64,000 nucleotides of DNA from Eledone cirrhosa (taxonomy: Eukaryota). The notes beneath the pieces are model-generated. The model saw only the letters and a list, made by a program, of their open reading frames with translations. It ran no database searches and was not told where the DNA came from. The translations under genes were made by a program, and so were the position numbers. Within the stretch, counting starts at the first letter, position 1; each line of letters begins with the position of its first letter. Positions 25,143 to 38,590 of this stretch are shown piece after piece. The stretch lies in contig OZ024746.1 of the NCBI GenBank assembly GCA_964016885.1, forward strand, positions 15,128,001 to 15,192,000, in the 5' to 3' direction.

Positions 25143-27559
25143 TCTCTATATATATAAAACAGAGGATGTTTGTCTGTCTGTCATCATCATCATCATCATC
25201 AACGTTTAACGTCCGTGGACGCTTGCATGGGTTTGGACGGGGGTAGTCCCACTTGAGGCAAGAGTGATTGTCTTGCTCGCATAGGACTGTCTGGCAGGTT
25301 TTCTACAGTTGGATGCCCTTCCTAACACCAACCACATTTACAGTGTGGGTCTGGGAGGTTTTTACCGTGTTGCCTACACGGCCACATTACAGCGTGGACT
25401 GTGTGTTTTTTTGTCGTGACACCTACACGATCTCATTTGTTTCGGCCTGGATGGCGCGGCACCAACATAACTTTACATAGGACGGGGTGGTGTGGATGGG
25501 GTGGGGGTGGTGGGACGGGGTGTATTTTGTTAGAGATGCCTACTGGCTGGAGTAGGTTTTACTATATATTTAGGTAAGGCGGGTCTTCTCTGTTACTGAG
25601 TACCGCCAAAGGTCTCGGTCCAGTGACATTGTCTTGGAGAGGTGTAAGTGTGTGAGGTCGGAGTTTATCAGCTCGTCCCAGGTTTTTCTAGGTCTGCCTA
25701 TTCCGTGGCTACCGTCTATCTTTATTGCCCTGCACTTTGTTATACAGCTATCGACTTTCATGCGCATCACGTGTCCATACCAACGTAGCCTTCTCTCGAG
25801 TAAACAGCATCTGATCCCTCTTATCTCTAATTTTTTTCTTAGTTCGTTTATGCTTTGCCGTTCACGTATATTACTGTTACACATCCAGCGGAGCATGCAA
25901 GCTTCGTTCCTCTCTAGTCTGCGTATATCCTCTGCACACAATGCCCATGTCTCACTGCCATGCAACATTGCTGTTCGTATGCAGGCATCGTACAACCTGC
26001 CTTTCATTTTTAGGGAGAACCCTTTAGCAGCTAATAGTGGTATAAGCTCTCTGAACCTTTTCCAACCAGTTCTGACTCTAGCTACAGTACTTTCAGAGCA
26101 CCCTCCCCCACTGCTGATTTTATCGCCCAGGTAACGGAAGCTGTCCACTATTTCTATAGAACCCTCTGCGCAATTGAAAGAGCTAGTATTTTGTGGGCAC
26201 TTGCTGCTACTTATTGCACCAGAACACCGGCCACATGTAAAATCTATGTTCTTAGTTAGCTTACCTGTGATCCCACTACATCTTTTATGCACCCATACTT
26301 TGCATTTAGGACACAAAATGGAGTTTCTACCTACGCCTTTCCTACACACCGAGCACGACCATTTCCCAGAAGGGACCGCCGCCTTGTTTTCTTTCCTACA
26401 AACTAGAACTTTGGTCTTAGCCAGGTTAATTTTAAGTCCTTTTGACTCTAGGCCGTGCTTCCATGTTTGGAATTTCTTCTCTAGCTCGGCCATTGATTCC
26501 GCTATGAGTGTCAGGTCGTCTGCGTATAGGAGTTCCCATGGGCAGCCTGTCTTGAACTCCTCTGTTATAGCCTGAAGGGCAATAATAAATAGTAGGGGGC
26601 TGAGAACAGAGCCCTGATGGACGCCGTAAATCCTTAAAACTCAAGAAGTACCCGACTGATTTTTTTCAAACTTTACACATGCGTTACTTATATTTCTTGA
26701 AGTGCAATGGGCTAAAAAGAATTTAAACTTTTTCTGCCCTAGGGCCTGCATTAGGCGAAAAACCGCCTTTTTTAGGCTTTTTTGAGACGTAACTTAAAGA
26801 TAACCCACCCGATATCCTCGAAATTTGCAGCACACATTAGTCCCCTTGCATTGCTGTGGACAAAAAATTTCTGATTCCATTAATGGTTTCTAGGAAATTT
26901 ACAAATTAGCATTGGGCATTACATGCCATTTTCAATATAAACACTACTTAAATATCGTAAGTAATGTATATTTCGTTAAACATTTGGTTTATTTAACACA
27001 GGATACAAGACTTACTTACTTTTAAGCAGGACCATTTTCGGGGGATTGAGGAAATGAAGAGGACCTTAAAATTTTTGTCAGCGCTCTGTTAACGCTTCGT
27101 GCTTTCATCACGCGCAAATCCGGGCTCTGTGTGCGTTGACGTGTTATTGACACCGTAAAACTCACGTCTGTGCTACTTCTACTAAGACCCCTTTTGTTGC
27201 ACCTACACTGCAGTATGAACGCCCTGTGCAAGTACGCCGAACAGCGGTTGTGCTAATTCCGCGGTGATCCCTTTTGTCGCACCTTTGTTGCTGTGTAAAC
27301 GCAGTGCAACCAGTGCCGCCCAGTGTTTGTGCTAATTGCACTATGACCCCCTTCTGCTGCAGCTGCGTTACCACACTGATTTCGTCATCTCAATATCCCT
27401 ACTTAAACGTACATCCCTACTTGGTTTTCACACAATTGACTATATCGCTCCTGAGAATAAGGGAATTCAAAAAGTACACAGCTACATTCCTCAATCTTTG
27501 CATATGCATGTTGCTATTTCACGTTTCCTACCCCGTGCAACACCGGGTCCTGCTGCTAG
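25143..27559 (+). mobile_element. Non-autonomous Helitron carrying a nested RTE LINE
   Basis: 5' A|TCTCTATATATATAAAACAGAGGATG, resumes at ~26626 (taaatccttaaaactc), 3' hairpin ccccgtgcaacaccggg then CTAG|T at 27556-27560; homologous to the fragment at 42310-42500. Confidence 0.75.
25181..26625 (-). mobile_element. 5'-truncated RTE-clade LINE (RT C-terminal half, PHD finger, 3' UTR, (GAT)n tail)
   Basis: GVHQGSVLSPLLF, LLYADD, CSVCRKGVGRNSILCPKC..WVHKRC; protein very similar to 35375-38287; ends in (ATC)n on the + strand. Confidence 0.92.
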
Positions 27560-27779
27560 TATATATATATATATATGTATTATATTAGGTATGAATTGAA
27601 GTGGTAGCTGGCATATAGCAGGTACTAATCGAGTTGTTTGAGGCAATCACAGAGCGGTATGTTAATACATTACCTACCATCTGGCGTAAACACAAGAAAA
27701 GCGACCGAAGGCAGTGGCCATACATAGACACATATCAGTGGATACATACACAGACACATATTAGTTGGTATATATACAG

Positions 27780-28390
27780 CAACAAGCTGAAGCATACAGA
27801 CAATATGCCCCCATCCCTCCCACTGCAAAGTGGTTGTGGAGGTGTCATGACAAAAAAACACCCAGCCCACACAGTAAAGTGGCCATGTAGGCGCCACAGT
27901 AAAAAAAACACCCAGCACTCACTGTAAAGTGGCCATGTAGGCGCCACAGTAAAAAAAAACACCCAGCACTCACTGTAAAGTGGCCATGTAGGCGCCACAG
28001 TAAAAAAAACACCCAGCACTCACTGTAAAGTGGCCATGTAGGCGCCACAGTAAAAAAAACACCCAGCACTCACTGTAAAGTGGCCATGTAGGCGCCACAG
28101 TAAAAAAGACACCCAGCACTCACTGTAAAGTGGCCATGTAGGCGCCACAGTAAAAAAAACACCCAGCACTCACTGTAAAGTGGCCATGTAGGCGCCACAG
28201 TAACAAAAACACCCAGCACTCACTGTAAATGAGGTTGGTGTTAGGAAGGGCATCCAGTTGAAGAAATCAAACCAAAATCAGTTCCCATATGAGCAAGACA
28301 AGGTCACCCGACTTGGCATTGCCCACAACAGGACAACCTGTCTAACCCATGCTAGCATGGAAGAATGGCCATATGACGGTGATGATGATA
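27780..28390 (+). mobile_element. RTE 3' UTR fragment with internal 50-bp unit amplified about 7 times
   Basis: Matches 38283-38590; unit cacccagcactcactgtaaagtggccatgtaggcgccacagtaaaaaaaa at 50-bp spacing (27961, 28011, 28061, 28111, 28161). Confidence 0.85.
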
Positions 28391-28717
28391 TATATATATA
28401 TATATATATGCCCTAGCATGGCCTCAGCTGGATGGCTGGAACAGGTAAAAGAGTAAAAGAGTACCTATATACTCAACATGGGTAACTACATATACATACA
28501 TATATATACACATACATATATATGCACCCACATATATACATATATATATATACACATTCCATTGAAAATAATATCTTAACATAGTGGAACATATGTTATG
28601 TTCCACTATGTTAAGATATTATTTGGTGATGTGACCTTTCTAGGCTCAGAATGTAACAACCTGTCTAACCCATGGCTGTGGGGTAGCAAATTGGGAATAA
28701 TGATGGAGATGGTGATG

Positions 28718-30767
28718 AACAACAACAACAGTAACAACAACAGTAACAACAACAACAAAGTAACAACAACACAGTAACAACAACAACAACAGTAACAACA
28801 ACACCAACAACACAGTAACAACAACAACAACAACAACAGTAACAACAACAACAACAACACCAACAATACAGTAACAACAACAACACCAACAATACAGGAA
28901 CAACAACAACAACAGTAACAACAACAACAACAACACCAACAATACAGTAACAACACCAACAATACAGGAACAACAACACAGTAACAACAACAACAATAAC
29001 AACACAGTAACAACAACACTAACAACAATACAGTAACAACAACAGTAACAACACCAACAATACAGTAACAACAACAACAACACAGTAACAACAACAACAC
29101 AGTAACAACAACAACAACACAGTAACAACACCAACAATACAGTAACAACAACAACAACAACAACACAGTAACAATAACACCAACAACAACAACACAGTAA
29201 CAACACCAACAACAACACAGTAACAACAATACAGTAACAACAACAACAACTTCGAAACATTTTTTCATGCTAGGAGTTGCTGAAGCATGGAACAAACTAC
29301 CTGCATCAGTTGTTAGCTGTCGAGACACTGCATCCTTTAAGGCCTCCATGGAACAAACTACCTGCATCAGTTGTTAGCTGTCGAGACACTGCATCCTTTA
29401 AGGCCTCCATGGAACAAACTACCTGCATCAGTTGTTAGCTGTCGAGACACTGCATCCTTTAAGGCCTCCATGGAACAAACTACCTGCATCAGTTGTTAGC
29501 TGTCGAGACACTGCATCCTTTAAGGCCTCCATGGAACAAACTACCTGCATCAGTTGTTAGCTGTCGAGACACTGCATCCTTTAAGGCCTCCATGGAACAA
29601 ACTACCTGCATCAGTTGTTAGCTGTCGAGACACTGCATCCTTTAAGGCCTCCATGCTTCCCGAGATCCGCCAACACTACAGCTAATGTTCCCCCTCCATA
29701 CACATACACACATGTACATCATGACTCATAAACTATTCACTTCCTTGACATTTGTGTATTATTCTATGTACTATACATACACCTTTGACGAGTTGTAGTG
29801 CACCTGAGCACTTTACACAATAATTTCATTATTATTATAGCAACAACACCAACAACACAGTAACAACAACAACAACAACACAGTAACAACAACAACAACA
29901 CAGTAACAACAACAACAACACAGTAACAACAACAACAACAACACAGTAACAACAACAACGCAGTAACAACAACAACAACACAGTAACAACAACAACAGCA
30001 ACAGTAACAACACCAACAATACAGTAACAACAATAACAACACAGTAACAACACCAACAATACAGTAACAACACCAACACAGTAACAACAACAACAACAAC
30101 ACAGTAACAACACCAACAACACAGTAACAACAACACAGTAACAACAACAACACAGTAACAACAACAACAACACAGTAACAACAACACAGTAACAACAACA
30201 ACAACAGTAACGCCAACAATACAGTAACAACACCAACACAGTAACAACAACAACAACAATACAGTAACAACACCAACACAGTAACAACAACAACAGTAAC
30301 GCCAACAATACAGTAACAACAACAACAATACAGTAACAACACCAACACAGTAACAACAACAACAACAACACAGTAACAACACCAACAATACAGTAACAAC
30401 AACAGTAACAACACCAACAACACAGTAACAACAACAACAACAGTAACGCCAACAATACAGTAACAACAACAACAATACAGTAACAACACCAACACAGTAA
30501 CAACAACACCAACAACACAGTAACAACAACAATACAGTAACAACACCAACAACACAGTAACAACACCAACAACACAGTAACAACACCAACACAGTAACAA
30601 CAACACCAACAACACAGTAACAACACCAACAACACAGTAACAACAACAACAATACAGTAACAACAACAACAATACAGTAACAACACCAACACAGTAACAA
30701 CACCAACAACACAGTAACAACAACAACAACACAGTAACAACAACAACAATACAGTAACAACAACAAT
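28718..30767. repeat. (CAA)n/ACAGTA compound array split by a CR1 3' fragment
   Basis: Two blocks 28718-29250 and 29840-30767; runs up to the SRD5A3 exon-4 donor. Confidence 0.95.
29251..29838 (+). mobile_element. CR1-type LINE 3' end with a 61-bp unit amplified 6 times
   Basis: Reads HFFMLGVAEAWNKLPASVVSCRDTASFKASML (CR1 ORF2 C-terminus-like); unit starts at 29286, 29347, 29408, 29469, 29530, 29591; ends in (ATT)n. Confidence 0.75.
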
Positions 30768-30773
30768 ACTTAC

Positions 30774-30908
30774 TATCTTTAGTTCTCCTTAAGTTAGACA
30801 ACATCACACAGAAACGGTATTGTTTCCATGAAGACACAATAAAAAGTATAAAACCAAGGAAGTGTAGGATATGTATCTGGTTGTGGTGGACATCTTCAAA
30901 TGTCACTT
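30774..30908 (-). CDS. SRD5A3: Polyprenol reductase exon 4
   Basis: tttcag acceptor / gtaagt donor; KVTFEDVHHNQIHILHFLGFILFIVSSWKQYRFCVMLSNLRRTKD; 135 nt, phase 1-1. Confidence 0.9.
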
Positions 30909-31758
30909 CTGAAACAGATTAAAGGCTCATTACATTTGAATTTAAACAGTAGATAGAACACAAATAACAACAACAACAACAACAATAATAATTGTTTCTA
31001 CTTTAAGCACAAGGCCAGCAATTACCCAGTGCATTACTGGTACTTTATTTTATCGACCTCGTAAGGATGAAAGGCAAAGTCAACCTCGGCGGGATTTGAA
31101 CTCAGATCGTAAAGGGACTTAACTATGCTGGAAACATGGCGTCCATAATAATGGTTTCTACTATAGGCACAAGGTCAGCAAATTTGGGGATGGGAAAGTC
31201 GATTAAATCAACCCCCAGTGTATTACTGGTGCTCGATTTTATCAACCCCGAAAGGATGAAAAGCAAAGCTAACCTTGGTGAGATTTGAAATCACAACATA
31301 AAGGGCTATAACTCTACGCCACAAAGAATTTTGACCGGTGCTCTACCGATTCTACCAATAATAATAATTGTTTCTACTTTAGGCACAATGCCAGCAATTT
31401 GAAGGGGAGGAAAAAGTTGATTAAATCGACCCCAGTACATTACTGGCGCTTTATTTTATCGACCCCGAAAGGATGAAAAGCAATGTTGACTTCAGCAGGA
31501 TTTGAACTCACAATGTAAAGAGCTGGAACAAATAACACAAAGTGTTTTGTCCAAACAACATTCAACAAGCAGTTTCCCTGCTGTCAAAGAGGTTGGATGG
31601 GATGTCACAGCAGTTCTCCCTGCTTGATAAGATCGACATATCAATCAAAACCAGTAAGATTTGATAAAAATGTTTATTGCCGAATTGAAGAAAAGAGAAT
31701 ATTTCTGAGCTTTTCCACTTTTACTTTTTACCTTGGTATCTATATCTATAAATATATA

Positions 31759-31837
31759 CAGGGTGTCCCCAAAAAATGTATACACACTTCAACAGCATTC
31801 CAATAAAAAGTGTGTATACATTTTTAGGGACACCCAG
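31759..31837. mobile_element. Tc1/mariner-type mini-MITE (79 bp)
   Basis: TA|cagggtgtccccaaaaaatgtatacacac ... gtgtgtatacatttttagggacacccag|TA. Confidence 0.75.
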
Positions 31838-32351
31838 TATATATATATATATATATATACTAAATTGGAGAACAGATGTGGTTTAAATGACTACATCTTG
31901 TATATGTGTATATATATATATCAGAGGAGGTCTGTTGGGTAAATATGTTTATATATAAATATGGACATGTGTATGTTCGCCCAACAAAAGGGACATAAAA
32001 AAGGATCCTACGCACAAATTAGAAGAGTTGTTTCCCTTGGTGTGAGAGAGAGAGAGAGAGAGAAAGGCTGGAGAGAAATGAAGCAAGCATGCATCAATGG
32101 ATGTGCAATGTAATCGCAGTGGAAGGAAGCCACAACAGAGGTAGACCAAAAATGACCTGGATCAAAGTAATGAGAGCTGATCTCAGATAGCTAAAGCCTC
32201 ATGGAGGAGATAACAAAGGAACACAATAAGTGGAGAGATGCTGTACTGAAAAAGGACCTGTCTAACCCACGTATGCATGGAACAATGGATGTAAAATGAT
32301 GATGATGATGATGATATTAATACATAGCAATGTAAAAAAAAGAAATCTTAC

Positions 32352-32552
32352 TTCTGTTGTTACAAATGACAGCTGATTCAATTGTTGGGATGACAGGTAA
32401 TGAAAAGTAGTGAATAAACCCAGCTATATAGTGAAGTATTGACATAGTTGCCGAGGAATAGATGGAGACATTTCTACTCTCAATATAACGCCTGCAGATG
32501 TGTAGAGTGATGCAAGACAATACCAGAACTGTGGTAAAGTTGTCAATAGCTC
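32352..32552 (-). CDS. SRD5A3: Polyprenol reductase exon 3
   Basis: tttgtag acceptor / gtaaga donor; GAIDNFTTVLVLSCITLHICRRYIESRNVSIYSSATMSILHYIAGFIHY...; 201 nt, phase 1-1. Confidence 0.9.
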
Positions 32553-33714
32553 CTACAAATATAAAGATAATGAAAACATAAGATATTTGGCAATGTTACT
32601 TGTTGAGTAAGAGAAGACTCAGTCAGGGGACATTTTCTTGAAAAATTATATTTTCTAGCAATGGCAAAAAGCCAGTAATTTGGCAGGGGTGGGGATCAAT
32701 TATATTGACCCCAGTACTTTCCAATCCAATCCAGAGCCTTCTCACTCCGTTGACTTCCACTTCTGTTTAGTTTTGGTCATGTGAGAGGTGTAATCATACA
32801 CATCACAGTTGGCCAATCGTAGGTTGGTGAAGCTATCTAACCCATAGTTGGGGTGGATGGCCATTGAGTTCGAGGAGGAGTTCATTCACCCACTTTAACT
32901 GCTCTTGGTTTTTGTATTGCTGGGGTTCAACTTACCCTCTTTACCAGACTAGGCTCTGGTGGGGGAGATGGTTTAATCACCAACCAGTCGACCATGACAC
33001 AGGTTGTACTGGTTATACAAGGTACTTTATTTTATTGACCTTAAGGGAATGAAAGGCAAAGTTAACTATGGCAGTATTTGAACTCAGAATATAAAGGGCC
33101 ATAACTAAATATTGAAAGCAATTTGTCCGACACTCTTATGATTCTGCCAACCCACCTTACTTTTCTTGAACAATAAAAAATGCAAATATACATAAATAAG
33201 ACTACTTGTGTGTTAATTCAACATATGTGGTGATAAATCCACTCACAAGGTGATAACTCCACCCACATGGTGATAACTCCACTCACGTTGTGTTAACTCC
33301 ACACACCTGGTGTTAATTCCACCCATGTGCTGAGGTGACTGGCTGTTATCAGCAGAGTACAGTGAGATATGTTGCCCAGACTGGGGTGTAGAGACTGCCA
33401 TACCCTTCTCCATTCACTGGGTTTATATGACAACAGCAAACTTATAACAAACACAAATAATGGTTGCTGATTTAGGCACAAAGCCAACAATTTTGGGCAA
33501 GGAGAAAGTTGATTAAATCTACCCCAGTGCATTACTGGTACTTTATTTTATCAACCCCCATAAGGATGAAAGGCAAAGCTAACCTTAGTGGGATTTGAAC
33601 TCAGAACATAAAGGGCCATTACATGCCACAAAGCAGTCCGATGCTTGACTGATTATTGCCACTCCACCACCAGATATTGAGAGTAAAATATTAAATCGTT
33701 AAAATGTTCTTTAC

Positions 33715-33851
33715 CTGATCCTGAAGAACATCCAAATGAATAGAATAATGGAACTTGTGAGATGAAAGGTGATATCAAAGAAGATGACAGGACAATGGAT
33801 AGCATTATTCCACTGACAATCGCTCCAAACAGATAGAAATGTTTGAAATAC
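33715..33851 (-). CDS. SRD5A3: Polyprenol reductase exon 2
   Basis: tttacag acceptor / gtaaag donor; completes VPKR-YFKHFY motif; 137 nt, phase 2-1. Confidence 0.88.
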
Positions 33852-34379
33852 CTGTAAATAAAGCAAACAAATATAATGATGGAATGAAATCACACTATAC
33901 AGCATTGTATATGTATTCTTTATCTTCCAGACCCCTCTCTCTTTATAATTTACTTTTTCAGATAAAGGACTAATGTCTGATAGGTTGAAACAGTCTTTTT
34001 CCTTTTCTATGAAGTGTGAAGCTAATAAGATTTTGTTTATCTTCTTTTTACCTTGAACTATATATCATGCAAGGCAGTAAATTGGCAGAATTGTTAGAAT
34101 GTCAGATAGAATGTTTTGTGGTATTTATTCTGGCTCTTTGCGCTCTAAGTTCAAATCCCACCAAGGTCAACTTTGCTTTTCATTCTTTTGAGGTTGATAA
34201 AAAATAGTACCAGTCTCCTACTGGGGTTAATTCTTTCTCTATATCTCTTTCCCACTTCTCTGGAAGAAATCTGGAAGGGGATGGGCTCTGCCAGGTTTCA
34301 AATGTCTACGAAATACTGTATATAAATACAGCACCCCCATTACTCACTCACGAGTTACAGAACCATACCATATATCATA

Positions 34380-34900
34380 CATTGAGTACTACGCTGATTT
34401 GGGATTTCAAAAATGCTAATATAGTGCCATATCTCTTTTGAATACTGCTGGCAAGATCCTCTTGGACAGGTAAATCATACTGGCAGAAGATGCTCTTCCT
34501 GAGTCTCAATGTGGTTTTTGACCCTGCCAGGGGCACAACTGACATGCTTTCATATGCACAACAATAATACCAATCACTTATGTTTATTTTCTGGGACCTA
34601 CAAAATACATTTGACAAAGTATCAAGAATGGTAATGTGGTCCAGTTTAGCCCATTTGTCTCTCTTGTTTGTTCCTTGCATGACAGCATGCTAGGAAAAGT
34701 CTGTTACTAAGGTACTTTGTCAGACCTTTTCCCTATTACAGGTTGTTTCAAACATGGTTGTGTGCTGGAACCAATTCTATTTACTTTATATCCCATTGCT
34801 ATAATCAATGAGTTACCTCCTCCGTCACTAAAAGTTAGATGGTGGATTGTTCAAACTCTCGTTTCCACTCCACTCTACTGTCAGCAAGGTGTGTGAACTA
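34380..34900 (+). pseudogene. Degraded RTE/BovB-like reverse transcriptase fragment
   Basis: Remnants of AGKIL, LPESQCGF, GTTDM, FDKVSR, GCVLEPILF across frameshifts. Confidence 0.65.
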
Positions 34901-35374
34901 TAATACATAGATGGAAATTGTAATAGAAACTGTAGCGAGTCATGGTTCCTGATTTATGGAAGCAACTAAATATAAAGGTAATCATTAGAAGATGTTATCA
35001 GCATGTGCAATCATGGATTTTGATTTAGTGGCCAATGGCAGCTTCTTTTTCCATCTTTAAGGGTTTTCACCCTATTTTATAAGCTATTTTATAGCAACTC
35101 ATGAGTACACCATTCTTTATATATATTTAGTATCTGATAATGTGAAAGCTGAAACACTGACTGTACTAATGACTCTGCAGGACATCCATTACTGGTGAGA
35201 TCGATGTGGTTCATGTTTAACATCCCTATACAATATAGTTGTAGAATCTTGTCAACACATTACTTAAAGTTTCAGATAAACTGGAATGGGGAATAAGTAA
35301 TATAGTAATGATGAAATAAAGTAGTACAGCTGTTCAACGTAAATTCATTAAAAATATATTGAATATATATATAT

Positions 35375-38300
35375 AGAGTCCTTGTAGGAAAAAGCCAGTG
35401 CTACAAATTTTTCTGGGTGGGAAATGACGATGGGATGGGTGGTGTAGGTATACTATTAGCTGACAAGTGGGTAGATAAAGTAATCTCAGTGTACAGGGTA
35501 AATGCAAGAATCATTAAACTCAGACTAGTCCTGAATAAGACAATTACCACAATAATATCAGCTTACGCACCCCAATCGGGGCTGCCAGACGAACTTAAGG
35601 ATAGGTTTTACGAGTCCCTAATACACACTACTGCTCTAACAGACGACAAGGACTTCCTAATCATTGCAGGAGATTTTAACGGACACGTAGGTAAACACTG
35701 CGACGGCTTCAATAGAGTACATGGAGGCCATGGAGTTGGCACAAGGAATGAGGAAGGATTCAGACTTCTAGAATTCTGCGACGCCAATGACATGTCGATA
35801 TGTAACACAAACTTTAAAAAACCCGACAACCACCTGATCACCTATAGATCAGGGGAGCACTCTAGTCAGTTAGATTTTATCCTCATCAGAGGACGTGACA
35901 GATGGACGGTCGTAAACACAAAAGCCTTCCCTAGTGAGGAATGTACATCCCAACATAGCTTAGTTGTCAGCGACCTCACGGTCAGAACTAGACGAGCCCT
36001 GAAACAGAGGCCAACCTGGAGAAGAAAGATCTGGAAGCTGAAAGTCCCCTCAACCAGTAACAGATTTAAAGATATTTTACTCAACGCCTACGACAGTAAA
36101 GAAGAACAGATAGAGACATTTAACGTAGAAGAGAACTGGGAGTTCCTAAAAAATAACTTACTAGAGGCGACGGATGAGGTTTGTGGCTGGAGTAAGACCT
36201 CAAGCAGGAGGAGAGTGACTTGGTGGTGGAACAATAAGGTAGATGAAGCAGTCAAGGCCAAGAGACAGGCATGGAAAGAATGGAAGAACGGGGGGAGCAG
36301 GGTACATTACATAGAGACCAAGAGGGAAGCTAGGCGACAAGTATACTTAGCTAGGAGGGAAGCAGAGGATAGAAAATTCAAGCATGTTTTACAACGTGAG
36401 GACCAGAAACAGGAGGTATTCAAGATTGCGAGGCAGTGTGTCAGAGATAGTTGTGATGTCATTGGAGAGAAGTGTATCCGGAATGATAAAGGTGAGCTTG
36501 CCCTCACAAGTGCTGAGAAGAAAGATGCATGGAAGAGTCATTATGATAGATTACTAAATGAGGAGAATGCATGGGAAGAAGAGACCCTACCCCACGTAGA
36601 CCCTATAGAGGGACCAGCAGTACAAGTCAGCGGCAGCGTAGTAAGTAAGGCAATCAGAGATATGAAGATAGGGAAGGCAACCGGTCCATCGGGTATAGCT
36701 GCCGAGATGCTGAAGGCATCTGGGTCTGTAGGTCACACTATAACCACACGTATCGTTAACCAGGTAATACTAGAGGGGGCCATACCAAAAGATTGGTGCA
36801 GTAGCATCATTGTCAACTGCTACAAAGGTAAAGGCGATGCACTAGATAGAGGAAACTATAGAGGTATAAAGTTGATGGACCAGGTCATGAAAGTAACAGA
36901 AAGAGTTATAGCACAGCTGATTAGGGACCGGGTGAATATAGACGAGATGCAATTTGGGTTTGTTCCAGGGAAAGGCACCACTGATGCGCTCTTCCTTGTG
37001 AGGCAATTACAGGAAAAGTACCTAGCTAAAAGTAAGCCACTCTACTTGGCATTTGTCGACCTTGAGAAAGCCTTTGACAGAGTTCCACGTGCAGTAATCT
37101 GGTGGGCTCTTAGAAAACTAGGAGTAGATGAATGGCTTGTGAAAGTGGTACAAGCCATGTATAGGGGAGCAGTCAGCAAAGTTAGGATTGGCAATGAGTA
37201 TAGCGAGGAATTTAGCGTACAGGTTGGGGTCCACCAGGGCTCTGTTCTTAGCCCTCTCCTGTTCATCATAGTCCTGCAGGCAATAACGGAGGAGTTTAAG
37301 ACCGGATGCCCATGGGAACTCCTGTATGCTGATGACCTCGCACTCATAGCTGAATCTATGGTAGAACTAGAGAATAAATTCCAAACCTGGAAGCAGGGAC
37401 TAGAGAGAAAGGGCCTCAAAGTCAACATGACAAAGACTAAGGTCCTTATAAGTAGACGAGAAAACAGAACCCAGATCCCCTCAGGGAAATGGCCTTGCTC
37501 AGTATGTAGGAAAGGTGTAGGTAGGAACTCCATTCTTTGCCCCAAATGCAAACAATGGGTACACAAGAGATGTAGCGGGATCTCAGGAAGCTTAATTAAG
37601 AATGTAGGATTCACATGCAGCAGCTGTGCTGAAACAGCAAGCAAACAGCCACAGGAAACAAGTACCACCAATCTCTGGGAGGGCCCTGTAGAAACAGTAG
37701 ACAGCTTCTGCTACCTAGGTGACCGAATTAGCAACGGAGGTGGGTGCTCAGAAAGTACAATAACTAGGGTAAGAACGGGATGGAAGAAGTTTAGGGAACT
37801 ACTACCACTGCTAGCTGCAAAAGGCTTCTCCCTCAGAATGAAAGGCAGACTGTATGATGCGTGTATCCGAACAGCGATGTTGCATGGTAGTGAGACCTGG
37901 GCGCTGAAGGTGGAAGACTTACGTAGATTAGAGAGAAACGAAGCCTGCATGCTCCGATGGATGTGTAACAGTAATATACGTGAACGACAAAGCATAAATG
38001 AATTGAGAGAGAGACTGAGCATAAGAGGAATCAAATGCTGCGTGCAGGAGAGGCGGTTACGCTGGTATGGACATGTGATGCGTATGAAGGATGACAGCTG
38101 CATAAAAAGGTGCAGAGCACTAGAAGTTGATGGAAACCGCGGAGTGGGGAGACCCAAGATGACTTGGGATGAGGTGATAAAAGCCGACCTTACCCAACTA
38201 CACCTCTCAAAGTCAATGACACACGACCGTGACTTCTGGCGTCACGCAGTAATACAGGGTACCCGACCTCCCATGGGTACATGCTGAAGCATATAAACAA

Positions 38301-38590
38301 TATGCCCCCCCCCCCCACCGCAAGGTGGTCGTGGAGGTGCCACGGCAAAAAAGCACCCAGCCCACACTGTAAAGTGGACGTGTAGGCGCCACGAAAAAGC
38401 ACCCAGCACTCACTGTAAATGAGGTTGGTGTTAGGAAGGGCATCCAGCTGTAGAAATCAAGCCAGATCAGTTCCTGTATGAGCAAGGCATGGTCAGCCGA
38501 CCAGACACTGCCCACAACAGGACAACCCGTCTAACCCATGCTAGCGTGGAAGAACGGACGTAAAACGGTGATGATGATGATGATGATGAT
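35375..38590 (+). mobile_element. RTE-clade LINE, 5'-truncated, ORF2 open from 35375 to 38287 (APE endonuclease, RT, embedded PHD finger), antisense in SRD5A3 intron 1
   Basis: AYAPQ, GDFNGH, QLDFIL, SQH (APE); QFGFVPG, DLEKAFD, GVHQGSVLSP, YADD (RT); no stops over ~970 codons; (GAT)n tail; flanked by (TA)n on both sides. Confidence 0.95.

Noticed and set aside
28606-30766. Cys/Val/Leu-rich ORFs
   Set aside because: (GTT)n compound microsatellite; only 30774-30908 is a real exon.
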